From assembly GCA_965204375.1 (NCBI GenBank), contig OZ241986.1:4128001-4192000 (forward strand): a stretch of 64,000 nucleotides of DNA, given 5' to 3'. Of this stretch, positions 10,497 through 20,276 are shown piece after piece; within the stretch, counting starts at the first letter, position 1; each line of letters starts with the position of its first letter. The DNA is from Candidatus Latescibacterota bacterium (GTDB lineage Bacteria; Latescibacterota; UBA2968). The translations under genes were made by a program, and so were the position numbers. The notes beneath the pieces were generated by a model. That model had not been told where the DNA came from and did no database searches. It saw only the letters and a program-made list of their open reading frames with translations.

Positions 10497-12232
10497 GGCT
10501 TAAACGGCCGGTACTCGACCAGTGCTGATCGGCCTACGATATCGACAATGCGAACGAGCATCTCCGTTCCATCCGCATCAGTTAATCGCAGATCTTCACC
10601 GGGAAGAAAGTGAACTGGCGGCTGTTCGCCTTGATTGATGGCAATATTGGAAGCGTACAGATAGGTTCTATCGAGATTATCGCGTTTAGGATTCAGCCTA
10701 CCTTTAAGCCCCGGAAGGGAACCAGTCGCCTCTGGGAAAATGACCGCACCACCGTCGGGAAGCGGCTTCAATTCAACTGTGAGCGCACCTTCTGAGGGCA
10801 TCCACTCTTGTTCGCAGTGCGCGGCAAAGCCGCGGGCAGCGACGAACACAGTCATCGGCAAATCAACCGTATGCAGACCAACAACGGCCTCGCCCAACGT
10901 ATCCGTCGTAGCCTGTCTCCAGGTCTTGTTCGGAAACAGTACCAGTACTTCCGCATCGGCAAGCGGTTGCTCGTCGGCACGCACGGTAATGAGCACGCGG
11001 GCCGGGCTCGGCTCAGTAGAGGCCGCCGGTAGCGTAACGCGAAGATCTGCTCTCCCAACCAGATCGAATCGCGGTAGGCGCCCGGCGAGTTCGCGTGTTT
11101 CTCGTCGAATGATGGGGACACCATCCCCGCGCCTTTCCATGATGAAAATCCGACCACCAGCCCCCTGGATACTGCTGGTCGGCATCCGGCCTAAAACCGA
11201 GGCAAGCACCTCGTTGCGCGTCGCCTGCCGATATTCCAACTCATCTACTGTCAGACGATTGGCTAATGTACCCGGCGACTGGATTTCCACTCGATCGGCG
11301 AACATCGACAGACGAATCCGGCTACCGCGCATCGAATAGTCGCGATGGACCACAGCATTGGTGAGAGCTTCAAATAAGGCTTCTGCGCTGTACTGCGGCA
11401 AATCCATGCGAGCCGGATCTTTGTAAGCACCGACACGCATATTACGCACGGCAAAGGCGACCGCTTCGGCAATTTGTCGGTTGAGGGGACCAGTAATCGT
11501 CTGGGTGTCGAGTTGTCCGGAGGCGCGATCAGTGCCGCGGTAATGGGTGGCTGTAATACAGGCATTGGGAAACCATTCCTCCGGGGTATGACTACAAAAG
11601 AGGAGGCCAGCAACAGTCGCTCGCACCGTGCCGTGTTCGTCCTGTCCAAGAAGACCCATTTTTTCCAATGCCGTTTCTGGATCATCCCTGCCTTCCGCAC
11701 TCAACAACGGTTTCCACAGGGCTTCGTCCAGCGTTCCCAATCCTGTATTGGACACCGGCTGCTTGTCGAACCAGAGGAACCTCGCTTGTCCCCGCAGTTG
11801 CGCCAAACGCAGTCGCTCATCACTCGTCATCCTCCGCTTTGACCCGCCTACCCGAACATAACTACCACCCGGACTATCATGCTGCGATTCTCCCTGCGGC
11901 ACTTCGACCAGCAGCAACCGCTTGCCATCCAGTTCTCTGTGATAAGTGTTGATGCGAACAGCTGGTTTGATGGCATCAGAGCTAACCTCAACCAGAACAG
12001 AATCCAGCGCGACGATCTGTTCACGCGACAGGCCCTGAATCTCACCTGCGTCGGTAACGCCGCAGAGCAGCATACCGCCGTTCGCATTGGCAAAAGCCGC
12101 GATCTCATCGGCCAAATCATCGCGGCTCGGACTTCTGGGCCGATTCCCGGAAAACGCGATCTGCTTAAATTCCCATAAACTATCCTCACCCAGACGCAGT
12201 TGGCGTGCAATATCCTGGTCGCTATAGTTCAT
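10493..12232 (-). CDS. AlbA_2 (Schlafen) + HATPase_c_4 (RecG C-terminal-like) protein with extra C-terminal beta-rich domain
   Basis: GEDSLWEFK, AFANANGG, EALTNAVVHRDYS, SPG, MERRGDG. Confidence 0.85.
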   Translation of the reverse strand: MNYSDQDIARQLRLGEDSLWEFKQIAFSGNRPRSPSRDDLADEIAAFANANGGMLLCGVTDAGEIQGLSREQIVALDSVLVEVSSDAIKPAVRINTYHRELDGKRLLLVEVPQGESQHDSPGGSYVRVGGSKRRMTSDERLRLAQLRGQARFLWFDKQPVSNTGLGTLDEALWKPLLSAEGRDDPETALEKMGLLGQDEHGTVRATVAGLLFCSHTPEEWFPNACITATHYRGTDRASGQLDTQTITGPLNRQIAEAVAFAVRNMRVGAYKDPARMDLPQYSAEALFEALTNAVVHRDYSMRGSRIRLSMFADRVEIQSPGTLANRLTVDELEYRQATRNEVLASVLGRMPTSSIQGAGGRIFIMERRGDGVPIIRRETRELAGRLPRFDLVGRADLRVTLPAASTEPSPARVLITVRADEQPLADAEVLVLFPNKTWRQATTDTLGEAVVGLHTVDLPMTVFVAARGFAAHCEQEWMPSEGALTVELKPLPDGGAVIFPEATGSLPGLKGRLNPKRDNLDRTYLYASNIAINQGEQPPVHFLPGEDLRLTDADGTEMLVRIVDIVGRSALVEYRPFKP

Positions 12233-12263
12233 CGGACACCTCCAAAATCAGCACTCGTTCTAT

Positions 12264-13100
12264 TCATCCTTCACCCCTCTTCACCTGCGGCTCTCTCGGA
12301 AGCAGTACTTGCGGTTGAACGATCCGGCGGCGTTGTGGCGTAAGGCGTTCCAGCAACTCGGGTGAAGGCTGGTACCCGTGCCGGAAATTCCCCCACGAAG
12401 GCCCGTACCGATACACCACGACACGCCGCGTCCCCTCATTCACCCGCTTCGCCGACCCGTGTGAAATCCCATCCACAAAAACCAGCGCATCGCCCGCCTT
12501 CATAAACACCTCAATCGCACCCACCGTACCCTCCACAGACCTGTCTTCCCCCATCCTCTGCTTATCGTAGTACGGATGTCTGAAATTCGCCTTGTGACTC
12601 CCCGGAATCAACATCGTCCCCCCGTCGCCCGGACCGATATCCGTCAGCGCCATCAGCACATTCACCTGCCCGCACATAAACCGCCCGCCGTGAAACCGGA
12701 ACTGATTCCTCGTAATCGGCGGAAACCCGCCCGAATGCAACCCAATCGCCTCGCCCGGCTCGCGAAAATTGGCAAAACACTCATCGATAAACATCGGACC
12801 GTGATGGTGATCAAACGACCCCTCCGCGCCGATAAAAAGCTTCACATGCTCAAACCACGACGGATGATCAATCAAATCTTCAAACGGCTCGCCCGCCTCG
12901 TAAATCTGCTGATAATTGATCCCCGACGTCACATCGCCATACGAATGTCCCTGAACATACCCGAACCACTCCCCCGGCCTCAGCGCGGGAATCTCATCCA
13001 AACCATCATTCAACGCCTGAACCTCATCCGAAGTCAGTGCCCCTTCCAAATGCAAGTACCCCCGCAGGTCAAACAAATAAACATCGAGATCTGGAACCAT
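12264..13100 (-). CDS. PhyH-family Fe(II)/2OG oxygenase (HxG variant)
   Basis: FDLRGYL, LHSGG, LTDIGPGDGGT..IPGSHK, SHGS, RR. Confidence 0.85.
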   Translation of the reverse strand: MVPDLDVYLFDLRGYLHLEGALTSDEVQALNDGLDEIPALRPGEWFGYVQGHSYGDVTSGINYQQIYEAGEPFEDLIDHPSWFEHVKLFIGAEGSFDHHHGPMFIDECFANFREPGEAIGLHSGGFPPITRNQFRFHGGRFMCGQVNVLMALTDIGPGDGGTMLIPGSHKANFRHPYYDKQRMGEDRSVEGTVGAIEVFMKAGDALVFVDGISHGSAKRVNEGTRRVVVYRYGPSWGNFRHGYQPSPELLERLTPQRRRIVQPQVLLPREPQVKRGEG

Positions 13101-13192
13101 TGTCACGCTCCTTGTCAACATGATCTATTCATATCGCAAGTTATGATAAACTCTTACACGCTTAAAAGCCATATCATTTTTTGGCAGTCAAC

Positions 13193-13305
13193 AAAACCCT
13201 CCTGGATCGCGGCCATAAGAAGTGAGAAGGCCACCCAACACCTCTCACGTCTCGCGTTTTACGTTTCACCTGCCTTTCACACTTCACACTTCCTACTTCA
13301 CACTT
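13193..13305. repeat. Half CTGGATCGCGG element plus degenerate heptamer-arm element
   Basis: AAGAAGTGAGAAGGCCACCCAACACC ... (ACTTCAC)n. Confidence 0.75.
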
Positions 13306-13363
13306 GCCTCATTCCCCTCCACACTATATAATTTGGAAACATCGTGAAAACGGATACTCAAAC

Positions 13364-14209
13364 ATGGAACGACAAAACCCAAAAAACATGCGTGAACGCA
13401 CACCTGAAACCATGCGCGGTGAAGAAACCGAAGAAGAAACGCTCATCGAGGAAGAAGAAGAAACGCAACCCCTGCTCGAAGAACGGCTCACCTTGCGAAA
13501 ACCGCTCGGCTTATTATTTGACCTGGGCGACACCCTCTTAACATACCTCAGATTTGATCCAGAAGCCGGGCATGCGGCCACACTTAACATCGCCAACAAC
13601 CCATTGGGTTACACAGTCGCAGACATTGACAACCACATAAAAAAACTCAACCGCGACCTCATACCCCGCAGGGAAAAAGCACAAGTAGAATTTCATCCCC
13701 ACATCATCCAGCGCCACGTCTATGAAGCCCTGCACATCACCTTTGACCGCACCCCTGAAGAAGTCGAACGCGTATTCTGGCGTGCGGCAACATCGTGGCA
13801 GCCCGAACCGGGCGTAGAATACGTCCTCGAAATATTGCGAAACAAAAACATACCCATGGGCATCGTCAGCAACGCCGCATTTTGCGGCAACACATTGATA
13901 TGGGAAATCGAACAACAGGGAATCGCGGACTACTTCCGCTTTCTCATGTCCAGCGCCGACTACTGGGTGCGCAAACCCCATCCCCTCCTGTTGGAAACCG
14001 CCGCCGCCAAACTCGGATTCAAACCCGCAGACGTATGGTATGTGGGCAACTCACCACAATACGATATCGCAGCCGCGCACAACGCCGGCATGGGCGCCGT
14101 ATGGTACAACCGTTTGGACGCCCCTCTCGATGGACCCGACCCCCATGTCGAAATCAAAAGCTGGCGCGAATTTTTAGAACTGGTCGAAGGCTTTTATTTA
14201 AAAATATAA
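13364..14209 (+). CDS. HAD-superfamily hydrolase (start uncertain: 13364/13388/13412)
   Basis: LLFDLGDTL, VSNA, RKPHP, YVGNS..YD. Confidence 0.9.
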   Translation: MERQNPKNMRERTPETMRGEETEEETLIEEEEETQPLLEERLTLRKPLGLLFDLGDTLLTYLRFDPEAGHAATLNIANNPLGYTVADIDNHIKKLNRDLIPRREKAQVEFHPHIIQRHVYEALHITFDRTPEEVERVFWRAATSWQPEPGVEYVLEILRNKNIPMGIVSNAAFCGNTLIWEIEQQGIADYFRFLMSSADYWVRKPHPLLLETAAAKLGFKPADVWYVGNSPQYDIAAAHNAGMGAVWYNRLDAPLDGPDPHVEIKSWREFLELVEGFYLKI

Positions 14210-14222
14210 AGGGAGAACCACG

Positions 14223-15458
14223 ATGTCCGATTTTTCAATCGCAGAAGCCGTACACAACGCATTTCAAAACCACGCCATCGTCGATATACACACCCACCTC
14301 TATCCCGCCTCCATGGGCGAACTCTACCTCGCGGGACCCGACGAACTATTGACCTATCACTACCTCAAAGCCGAATGCTCGCGCATGTTGCCCGAAGGCA
14401 TCGCAGTTGACACATTCAACAACATGCCCACCACAGAACAAGCCGACATCATCTGGCAACAACTCTTCGTCGGCAACAGCTCCCCAATATCCGAAGCCCA
14501 ACTCGGCGTCGTCACCGTCATGAACCGCCTGGGACTAAATCCCCGCGCAAAAGACCTGTCCGAATTTCGCGCCTTCCACAAATCAAAAACACCCGAAGAA
14601 TACACCGACATGGTCTTTGAAAGCGCTGGCGTCGCCTGTGTCTATATGACCAACGACCCCCTCGACGACACCGAAGGACCCATGTGGCAACAGGACATCG
14701 ACATCGACCCGCGCTTCAGAGCAGTCCTGCGCCTGGACAGCGCACTCATGAACTGGCCCGCCCCCGCCGACAAACTCCGCGCGTTGGGATACGATGTAGA
14801 AGACTGCCTATCCGACAAAACCTTCTCGGAACTGCGGCGCTACCTCACCGACTGGGCACAAAAAATGAACGCCCGATACATGGCCATATCGCTCCCCCCG
14901 GACTTTGCTTATCCCTCTGAAGACAGCATCTCACAAATGATGGGCAACGTCGTATATCCCACAGCCCGGGAATTGCAAATCCCCTCGGCAATGATGATCG
15001 GCGTCACGCGGCAAGTCAACCCAACCCTCAAAGACGGCGGCGACAGCCTGGGCAAATGGGACATCGCCAACCTCGAACGCATCGCGCGCGACTGGCCCGA
15101 CGTCAACTTCCTCATCACCCTCCTCTCGCGCGAAAACCAGCACGAACTCTGCGTCACCGGACGCAAATTCCCCAACGTACACCCCTTTGGCTGCTGGTGG
15201 TTCTTGAACAACCCCAGCATCATCCGGGAAATCACAGCCGAACGCCTCGAACTCCTCGGCACCAGCTTTGTACCTCAGCACTCCGACGCCCGCATCCTGG
15301 ACCAGCTACTCTACAAATGGACCCACTCCATCGGCGTCATAGCACCCGTCTTCATCGACAAATACGAATCGCTTCGCGCCGCGGGCTGGCCCCTCACCCC
15401 GGCGGATATTCAGCGCGACATCTCCACCATGTTTGGAGGCGGCAAATTACTGGACTGA
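14223..15458 (+). CDS. uxaC: Uronate (glucuronate) isomerase, amidohydrolase fold
   Basis: DIHTHL, DELLTYHYL, MTND, GCWWFLN, PQHSDARILDQLLYKW. Confidence 0.85.
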   Translation: MSDFSIAEAVHNAFQNHAIVDIHTHLYPASMGELYLAGPDELLTYHYLKAECSRMLPEGIAVDTFNNMPTTEQADIIWQQLFVGNSSPISEAQLGVVTVMNRLGLNPRAKDLSEFRAFHKSKTPEEYTDMVFESAGVACVYMTNDPLDDTEGPMWQQDIDIDPRFRAVLRLDSALMNWPAPADKLRALGYDVEDCLSDKTFSELRRYLTDWAQKMNARYMAISLPPDFAYPSEDSISQMMGNVVYPTARELQIPSAMMIGVTRQVNPTLKDGGDSLGKWDIANLERIARDWPDVNFLITLLSRENQHELCVTGRKFPNVHPFGCWWFLNNPSIIREITAERLELLGTSFVPQHSDARILDQLLYKWTHSIGVIAPVFIDKYESLRAAGWPLTPADIQRDISTMFGGGKLLD

Positions 15459-15566
15459 TGGAGGACCAGCCAGCCAAAACAATGAGGATACCACTTTGGG
15501 CATCAAAAAAGCGCCATCCTAACAGGACGACGCGCTTTCAATCATATTTCTATTAGAGGTTTCAAA

Positions 15567-16328
15567 ATGTCACCTGTCAATCCAGGAAGTACATTAGGTC
15601 AAGCAATTGGCAATCTCTTTGAGAGCAAACTTGAAGAAATTCTGAGAAAAGTTGTAGAAAATTCTGGATATGTATATCACAGCGGTCGCGATCCTTTACC
15701 GGATTACACCGGAAAGACCTTGAGAGCAAAAGACAAAAATGGCAAATTCTGGAGCATTGATTCAGCAGTAACGGACGAAAACGGCCATCTCATCATCTTG
15801 GGAGAAATGAAATATATCCAGAGGGCAAAACATGCCACCGATAAAGGAAGTTGGATCTGTAATTGTCATACACTGCTTCGCCAAACTTATCCCACCATAC
15901 GCGCATCCATAGCAATGCTGGCAGGTGGATGGACTGAAAATGTGCGCGAAATGATACGAGATACCGGAACAGATATCTTTTTTGTACCTTATGAGGAGGT
16001 TGTGAACACATTTTCGCAAAAAGGAATCGCGATTAACTGGACCGATGCCACAAGCGATGTGGCTTCTCAAATTGCCTGGGAAGCATTTGGTCATCTTGAT
16101 GAACAAGCGTTAGATGAAATTAAGGACTCTATAATCCAAAAAATCGCAGAACCTTTGAAAATGCACGTCGAGAACATATTAAACGACAAACAAGAACGAA
16201 AGATCACTAAAATCGAGATCAATATTCAAACCAACAAAGGCGAAACAATTAACGTGCAACATTCCAATGCAGAAGAAGCGCAAGCTGCTCTTAAAAATCT
16301 ACAGTCTCATCCTTTTTTTGAAAACTGA
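15567..16328 (+). CDS. Putative type II restriction endonuclease (PD-(D/E)XK)
   Basis: GNLFE...IDS...GEMKY; low GC; convergent with the DNA methyltransferase. Confidence 0.7.
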   Translation: MSPVNPGSTLGQAIGNLFESKLEEILRKVVENSGYVYHSGRDPLPDYTGKTLRAKDKNGKFWSIDSAVTDENGHLIILGEMKYIQRAKHATDKGSWICNCHTLLRQTYPTIRASIAMLAGGWTENVREMIRDTGTDIFFVPYEEVVNTFSQKGIAINWTDATSDVASQIAWEAFGHLDEQALDEIKDSIIQKIAEPLKMHVENILNDKQERKITKIEINIQTNKGETINVQHSNAEEAQAALKNLQSHPFFEN

Positions 16329-16330
16329 AG

Positions 16331-17653
16331 TCATTTGATTAGCGTCAAAATACCTTCGCTCAATTTGACCGAATGACGCTGAGGGTTATTTTTCCATTTT
16401 CCACCTCTTGTTCTTAAAAGTTCGAAATCGTAATCAGAAAAGCCGATAGCTAAGCCCAATTTGCCAATATATTCATAGATGGGAATATATACGCCATACG
16501 GTGCTGAATCACCCAATACGAGATGGAATTTTGCTCCTTTTTTCATGGTTCGATACGTATCGCTTAAAACGCGAAACATATCATTATGGTAACCAGCAAC
16601 CATAAGATCATAACTCTTCTTACCTCCCCTAACGAGTCTCAATTCGGAAAGCTTATGAATCTTCTCAAGGAGGCCATTATATACTTCTCGGTTCCCCTGT
16701 TGGATGGCATCGTCCAAAGGATTAGCTTCAAAATCACCCCGGTTAATTTGAGTCGTTGCAGAGGTAATAAGCTGTGTTCTAACTTTTTTTGTGATCTCAC
16801 CCCAAGTTCTTGCAAACCCCCAAAAATAGGTCTCAAAACGCGTTCTATCAGCATAATCGTAATTGTTTAAATAGGGGGGCGATGTAAAGACACAATCAAA
16901 AATACCATCTTCGAGTATCCCCATTGTATTTCGACTATCTCCTTTAATCGGATGAGCACTGGCGAGTCCCTTTTGATGTGCATAAAGATATAGATCGTCA
17001 TACATCATCCACAGAACTTGCTTGAAAGAGACCAAACCATCCGTTTCTCGAATTTTCTTTTTAGGAGCAATATAGGGCCATCCTGTTGCCGCTCCTGAAG
17101 AAATACGCAGAGCACACGTCAACGCTGTTTTAAAAAATGCGTGATAAGGTTCTCGCTTTTTCTTTATTATTTCTCGAATAATGTGGAGGCGGGCGAGATT
17201 CGTGTCTGACAGACATTTCCGAATCAATTCGGGATATTCTGATAGATCAATTTGTTCAAGGTTGGCTGCATTGATTAAATCACTTGCTTTATTGATAACC
17301 TCTTGAATCTTAAAATAGAGCTTTTCATAGTCGAAATCCCAATACAATTTAGAAGAAGCAATTTCGTAAACAAAAGGATGAGCTTCTACACCATAAGATT
17401 CAATACCCTGGAGCTTGGCTACAATCAAAGTTGTACCTGTGCCCATAAAGGGATCATAGATAGTCTTGCCTGGACAAAGACCATCTTGGCGTATAATTTC
17501 TTCTACGGCCTTATAAGAAAAGCCTGCAGGATACTGGAACCATCTGTGTATCGGTGCTGTCTTGCTGTCTCGAAACGTCCCATAATTAGCCTTCAAACTC
17601 CCATTGACCGGTATACTTTTTTCTGTTTTTAAGGAAAGACCAAGCTGTGCCAT
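16331..17653 (-). CDS. Amino-type DNA methyltransferase (probably N4-cytosine)
   Basis: HRWFQYPAGFS, DPFMGTGTT (SAM-binding) preceding TSPPY (catalytic). Confidence 0.9.
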   Translation of the reverse strand: MAQLGLSLKTEKSIPVNGSLKANYGTFRDSKTAPIHRWFQYPAGFSYKAVEEIIRQDGLCPGKTIYDPFMGTGTTLIVAKLQGIESYGVEAHPFVYEIASSKLYWDFDYEKLYFKIQEVINKASDLINAANLEQIDLSEYPELIRKCLSDTNLARLHIIREIIKKKREPYHAFFKTALTCALRISSGAATGWPYIAPKKKIRETDGLVSFKQVLWMMYDDLYLYAHQKGLASAHPIKGDSRNTMGILEDGIFDCVFTSPPYLNNYDYADRTRFETYFWGFARTWGEITKKVRTQLITSATTQINRGDFEANPLDDAIQQGNREVYNGLLEKIHKLSELRLVRGGKKSYDLMVAGYHNDMFRVLSDTYRTMKKGAKFHLVLGDSAPYGVYIPIYEYIGKLGLAIGFSDYDFELLRTRGGKWKNNPQRHSVKLSEGILTLIK

Positions 17654-17819
17654 TGTTATCTCCCTTGGTAAAGAGTGAGGAGTGCTACAGAAAAGGTGAA
17701 TAGGGCAAGGGGAGAAATAAACTCTTGTCTGCCGAAAAAACGACATAAGTAGATAAGACAAAGTTGATATACTCACAAAAATTGAGTGTGTCAACCCTAA
17801 AACAGGACATTGATTCCCC

Positions 17820-18344
17820 ATGAATTGGCGTTATAATATCACGGTTATAATTAGTGTATGTTTTTTCCTTTCAGGATCGGGGTTGTGTGCGCCGTATAAA
17901 ATTTATATCTTTATGGGAGAAACCTGTCCGGTCTCGCGGCATTACACCTTAACGCTCAAAAAATTGCACGCAGAATACGCATCTGAAAAACTCGAATTCA
18001 TCGGCGTATTCCCCAATCGGCTCTCCACACCAGCCACAATTGCCGCGTTCAAAGAAAAATACGCCTTGCCATTCACCTGCATCGGGGACGCCACCCACAC
18101 ATGGGTGAACCGCCTGGGGGCAACCATCACGCCAGAAGTCGTCGTCACCGACACATCGCACACCGCCATCTATCGGGGTCGCATTGACAACACCTTTGCG
18201 AGCCTGGGCAAAAGACGCCGCATCATCACCGAACACGACCTCACAGAGATACTGAACGCCCTCAAAAACGAAAAACCCCCGGCATTTCGCCAAACCCGGG
18301 CCATTGGCTGCATCATAACCTCATGGCAAAATACAAAGGAATAA
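17820..18344 (+). CDS. Exported redoxin/thioredoxin-fold protein (CxxS)
   Basis: Signal peptide, TCPVS, GATITPEV, YRGRID, AIGC. Confidence 0.85.
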   Translation: MNWRYNITVIISVCFFLSGSGLCAPYKIYIFMGETCPVSRHYTLTLKKLHAEYASEKLEFIGVFPNRLSTPATIAAFKEKYALPFTCIGDATHTWVNRLGATITPEVVVTDTSHTAIYRGRIDNTFASLGKRRRIITEHDLTEILNALKNEKPPAFRQTRAIGCIITSWQNTKE

Positions 18345-18348
18345 AGCC

Positions 18349-19890
18349 ATGCGACCACTTATCCTCTCCATACTCGCGCTCCTCCTCGCCGTTGCCTCGC
18401 CGCACGCGAAAACCCCCACCTTTAGCGAACACGTCTCGTCCATCATATACAACAACTGCACATCGTGCCATCGAAACGGTGAAATAGGGCCTATGCCCCT
18501 CACAAATTACAGCGAAATCGCGGCATATGCAGACATGATCAAATACGTCACAGAAACCCAGTACATGCCCCCGTGGAAACCCGATTACAACTACAGCCAG
18601 CACATCGGCGCGAGAACACTCACCAAAACAGAAATCAACACCATCGCAAACTGGGCCAACGCGGGCTTTCCCCAGGGCGATATCGCCCTTGAAGCACCCA
18701 TGCCGGAATTCCCAACAGGCTCTGTACTCGGCACCCCCGACCTCGTACTCACCATGGCAGAACCCTTTACCATCCGCGGCGACAATGAGGACCAGTACCA
18801 GGTCTTCGTCATCCCAACCCACCTCACAGAAGACCGGGAAATCGAAGCCGTTGAATTTCGACCTGGCAACAGCAGAATCGTCCACCACGCCCTCATCGGC
18901 GCCGACATCACGGGCACTGGTCGCCAAAGAGACCTCGAAACCCCGGAATACGGCTACGAATCCTTTGGTGCATTCGGCGCGCCAACCGCTGTCGTCCTGC
19001 CCGGATATACACCCGGCGCAAAACCCTCGATATATCCCAAAGGCGTTGGACACATCCTCCCCAAAAACTCCGACTTATTGATCCAGGTACACTACGCACC
19101 CTGGCCGCTTGCAGAATCCGATCAATCCAGCGTCAACATATTCTTCAAAAAAGAACCCATCGAAAGAGAAGTGGGCTTTATCAGCTTTGCACCGCTCACC
19201 ACCGACGGTAAAACACTGAGCAGAATATTCAGGGTCCTGCTCGGAGAGGAACGACACGGCGGCACCCCCGTAGAAAAAATCCAAATCAACGACCTCTTTG
19301 TCATCCCGAAAGACCAGATCAAAACATTTCGCACAACGCTCTTCATCAATCGGGACATCAGCCTCCTGTCCATCTATCCCCACATGCACTTGCTGGGCAA
19401 ATCCTGGGAAATCTATGCCACGGACCCACAGGGCAACCGCACCAACCTCATCCGTATTGAAGACTGGGATTTTAACTGGCAGGGCAATTACACCTTCACC
19501 CAATATCAAAAAATAGCTGCGGGATCCCAAATCCACGCCATTGCCACCTACGACAACACCTCAAACAACCCGGTCAACCCCAACCATCCCCCCCGCAACT
19601 CGACCTGGGGCGAAAAAACCACCGATGAAATGCTCTTAGCGGTCATGGAATACATACCCTACCGACAGGGCGATGAAAACATCGCCCTCACCGTTGGCAA
19701 AGGCGGCGAAATGAGCATAGACTTCAACGGCAATGGACAACGGGACTTTGCCGACTTCCTCTTATTCATCCAGAACTTTGGCCTGAACCGAGGCGACACC
19801 AGCTATCAGCGTCACTTTGACCTCAACGGAGATGGACACATCAACTTTACCGACTTTATCATCTTCGCCAATCAATACGCAACGCAATAA
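18349..19890 (+). CDS. Secreted cytochrome c + type II copper monooxygenase-like protein with C-terminal dockerin/EF-hand-like repeats
   Basis: CTSCH, MPPW, VHHA, PHMH, DEM; DFNGNG..DFADF / DLNGDG..NFTDF. Confidence 0.85.
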   Translation: MRPLILSILALLLAVASPHAKTPTFSEHVSSIIYNNCTSCHRNGEIGPMPLTNYSEIAAYADMIKYVTETQYMPPWKPDYNYSQHIGARTLTKTEINTIANWANAGFPQGDIALEAPMPEFPTGSVLGTPDLVLTMAEPFTIRGDNEDQYQVFVIPTHLTEDREIEAVEFRPGNSRIVHHALIGADITGTGRQRDLETPEYGYESFGAFGAPTAVVLPGYTPGAKPSIYPKGVGHILPKNSDLLIQVHYAPWPLAESDQSSVNIFFKKEPIEREVGFISFAPLTTDGKTLSRIFRVLLGEERHGGTPVEKIQINDLFVIPKDQIKTFRTTLFINRDISLLSIYPHMHLLGKSWEIYATDPQGNRTNLIRIEDWDFNWQGNYTFTQYQKIAAGSQIHAIATYDNTSNNPVNPNHPPRNSTWGEKTTDEMLLAVMEYIPYRQGDENIALTVGKGGEMSIDFNGNGQRDFADFLLFIQNFGLNRGDTSYQRHFDLNGDGHINFTDFIIFANQYATQ

Positions 19891-19944
19891 AAAGCGGGCT
19901 GGTACGGGGGAGAGAAACTTTCAATCTTTACTGGAGTATTTGTT

Positions 19945-20151
19945 ATGCAACTCCCAACAGTGGAAAACAAACTTTCCGAGTTTGACGCCCGCTTGAGTCG
20001 TATTGAAGGTGTCATTGAGCAGATGAACACGCGCTTGAATGGTGTTGAGCAAGGCCAGCGTGAAATTTTGTCATGGATTCGCTGGCTTGTTGGAATCCAG
20101 ATCACAACCTTGTTGACCCTCGGAACGCTCATTCTGTTCAAACTCGGATAA
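19945..20151 (+). CDS. Small coiled-coil protein with C-terminal TM helix (DUF1640-like)
   Basis: GGAG RBS; paralog at 26067-26354. Confidence 0.7.
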   Translation: MQLPTVENKLSEFDARLSRIEGVIEQMNTRLNGVEQGQREILSWIRWLVGIQITTLLTLGTLILFKLG

Positions 20152-20157
20152 TAGCAG

Positions 20158-20198
20158 AAAAAAAAGGCTCCTGAAGATATGATCTCCAGGAGCCTTTA
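20158..20198. terminator. Intrinsic terminator hairpin between convergent genes
   Basis: AAAGGCTCCTG-N13-CAGGAGCCTTT with an A-run on the left side. Confidence 0.7.
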
Positions 20199-20208
20199 TA
20201 CATTCCAT

Positions 20209-20276
20209 TTCCTCCTTCACACTTCCTCCTTCACACTTCCTCCTTCACACTTCCTACTTCACACTTCTCACTTCAC
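20209..20276. repeat. Heptamer array (ACTTCAC/CTTCCTC) overlapping the stop codon of gene 20268-21146
   Basis: Directly visible; gene ends GTG AAG TGA inside the array. Confidence 0.85.
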
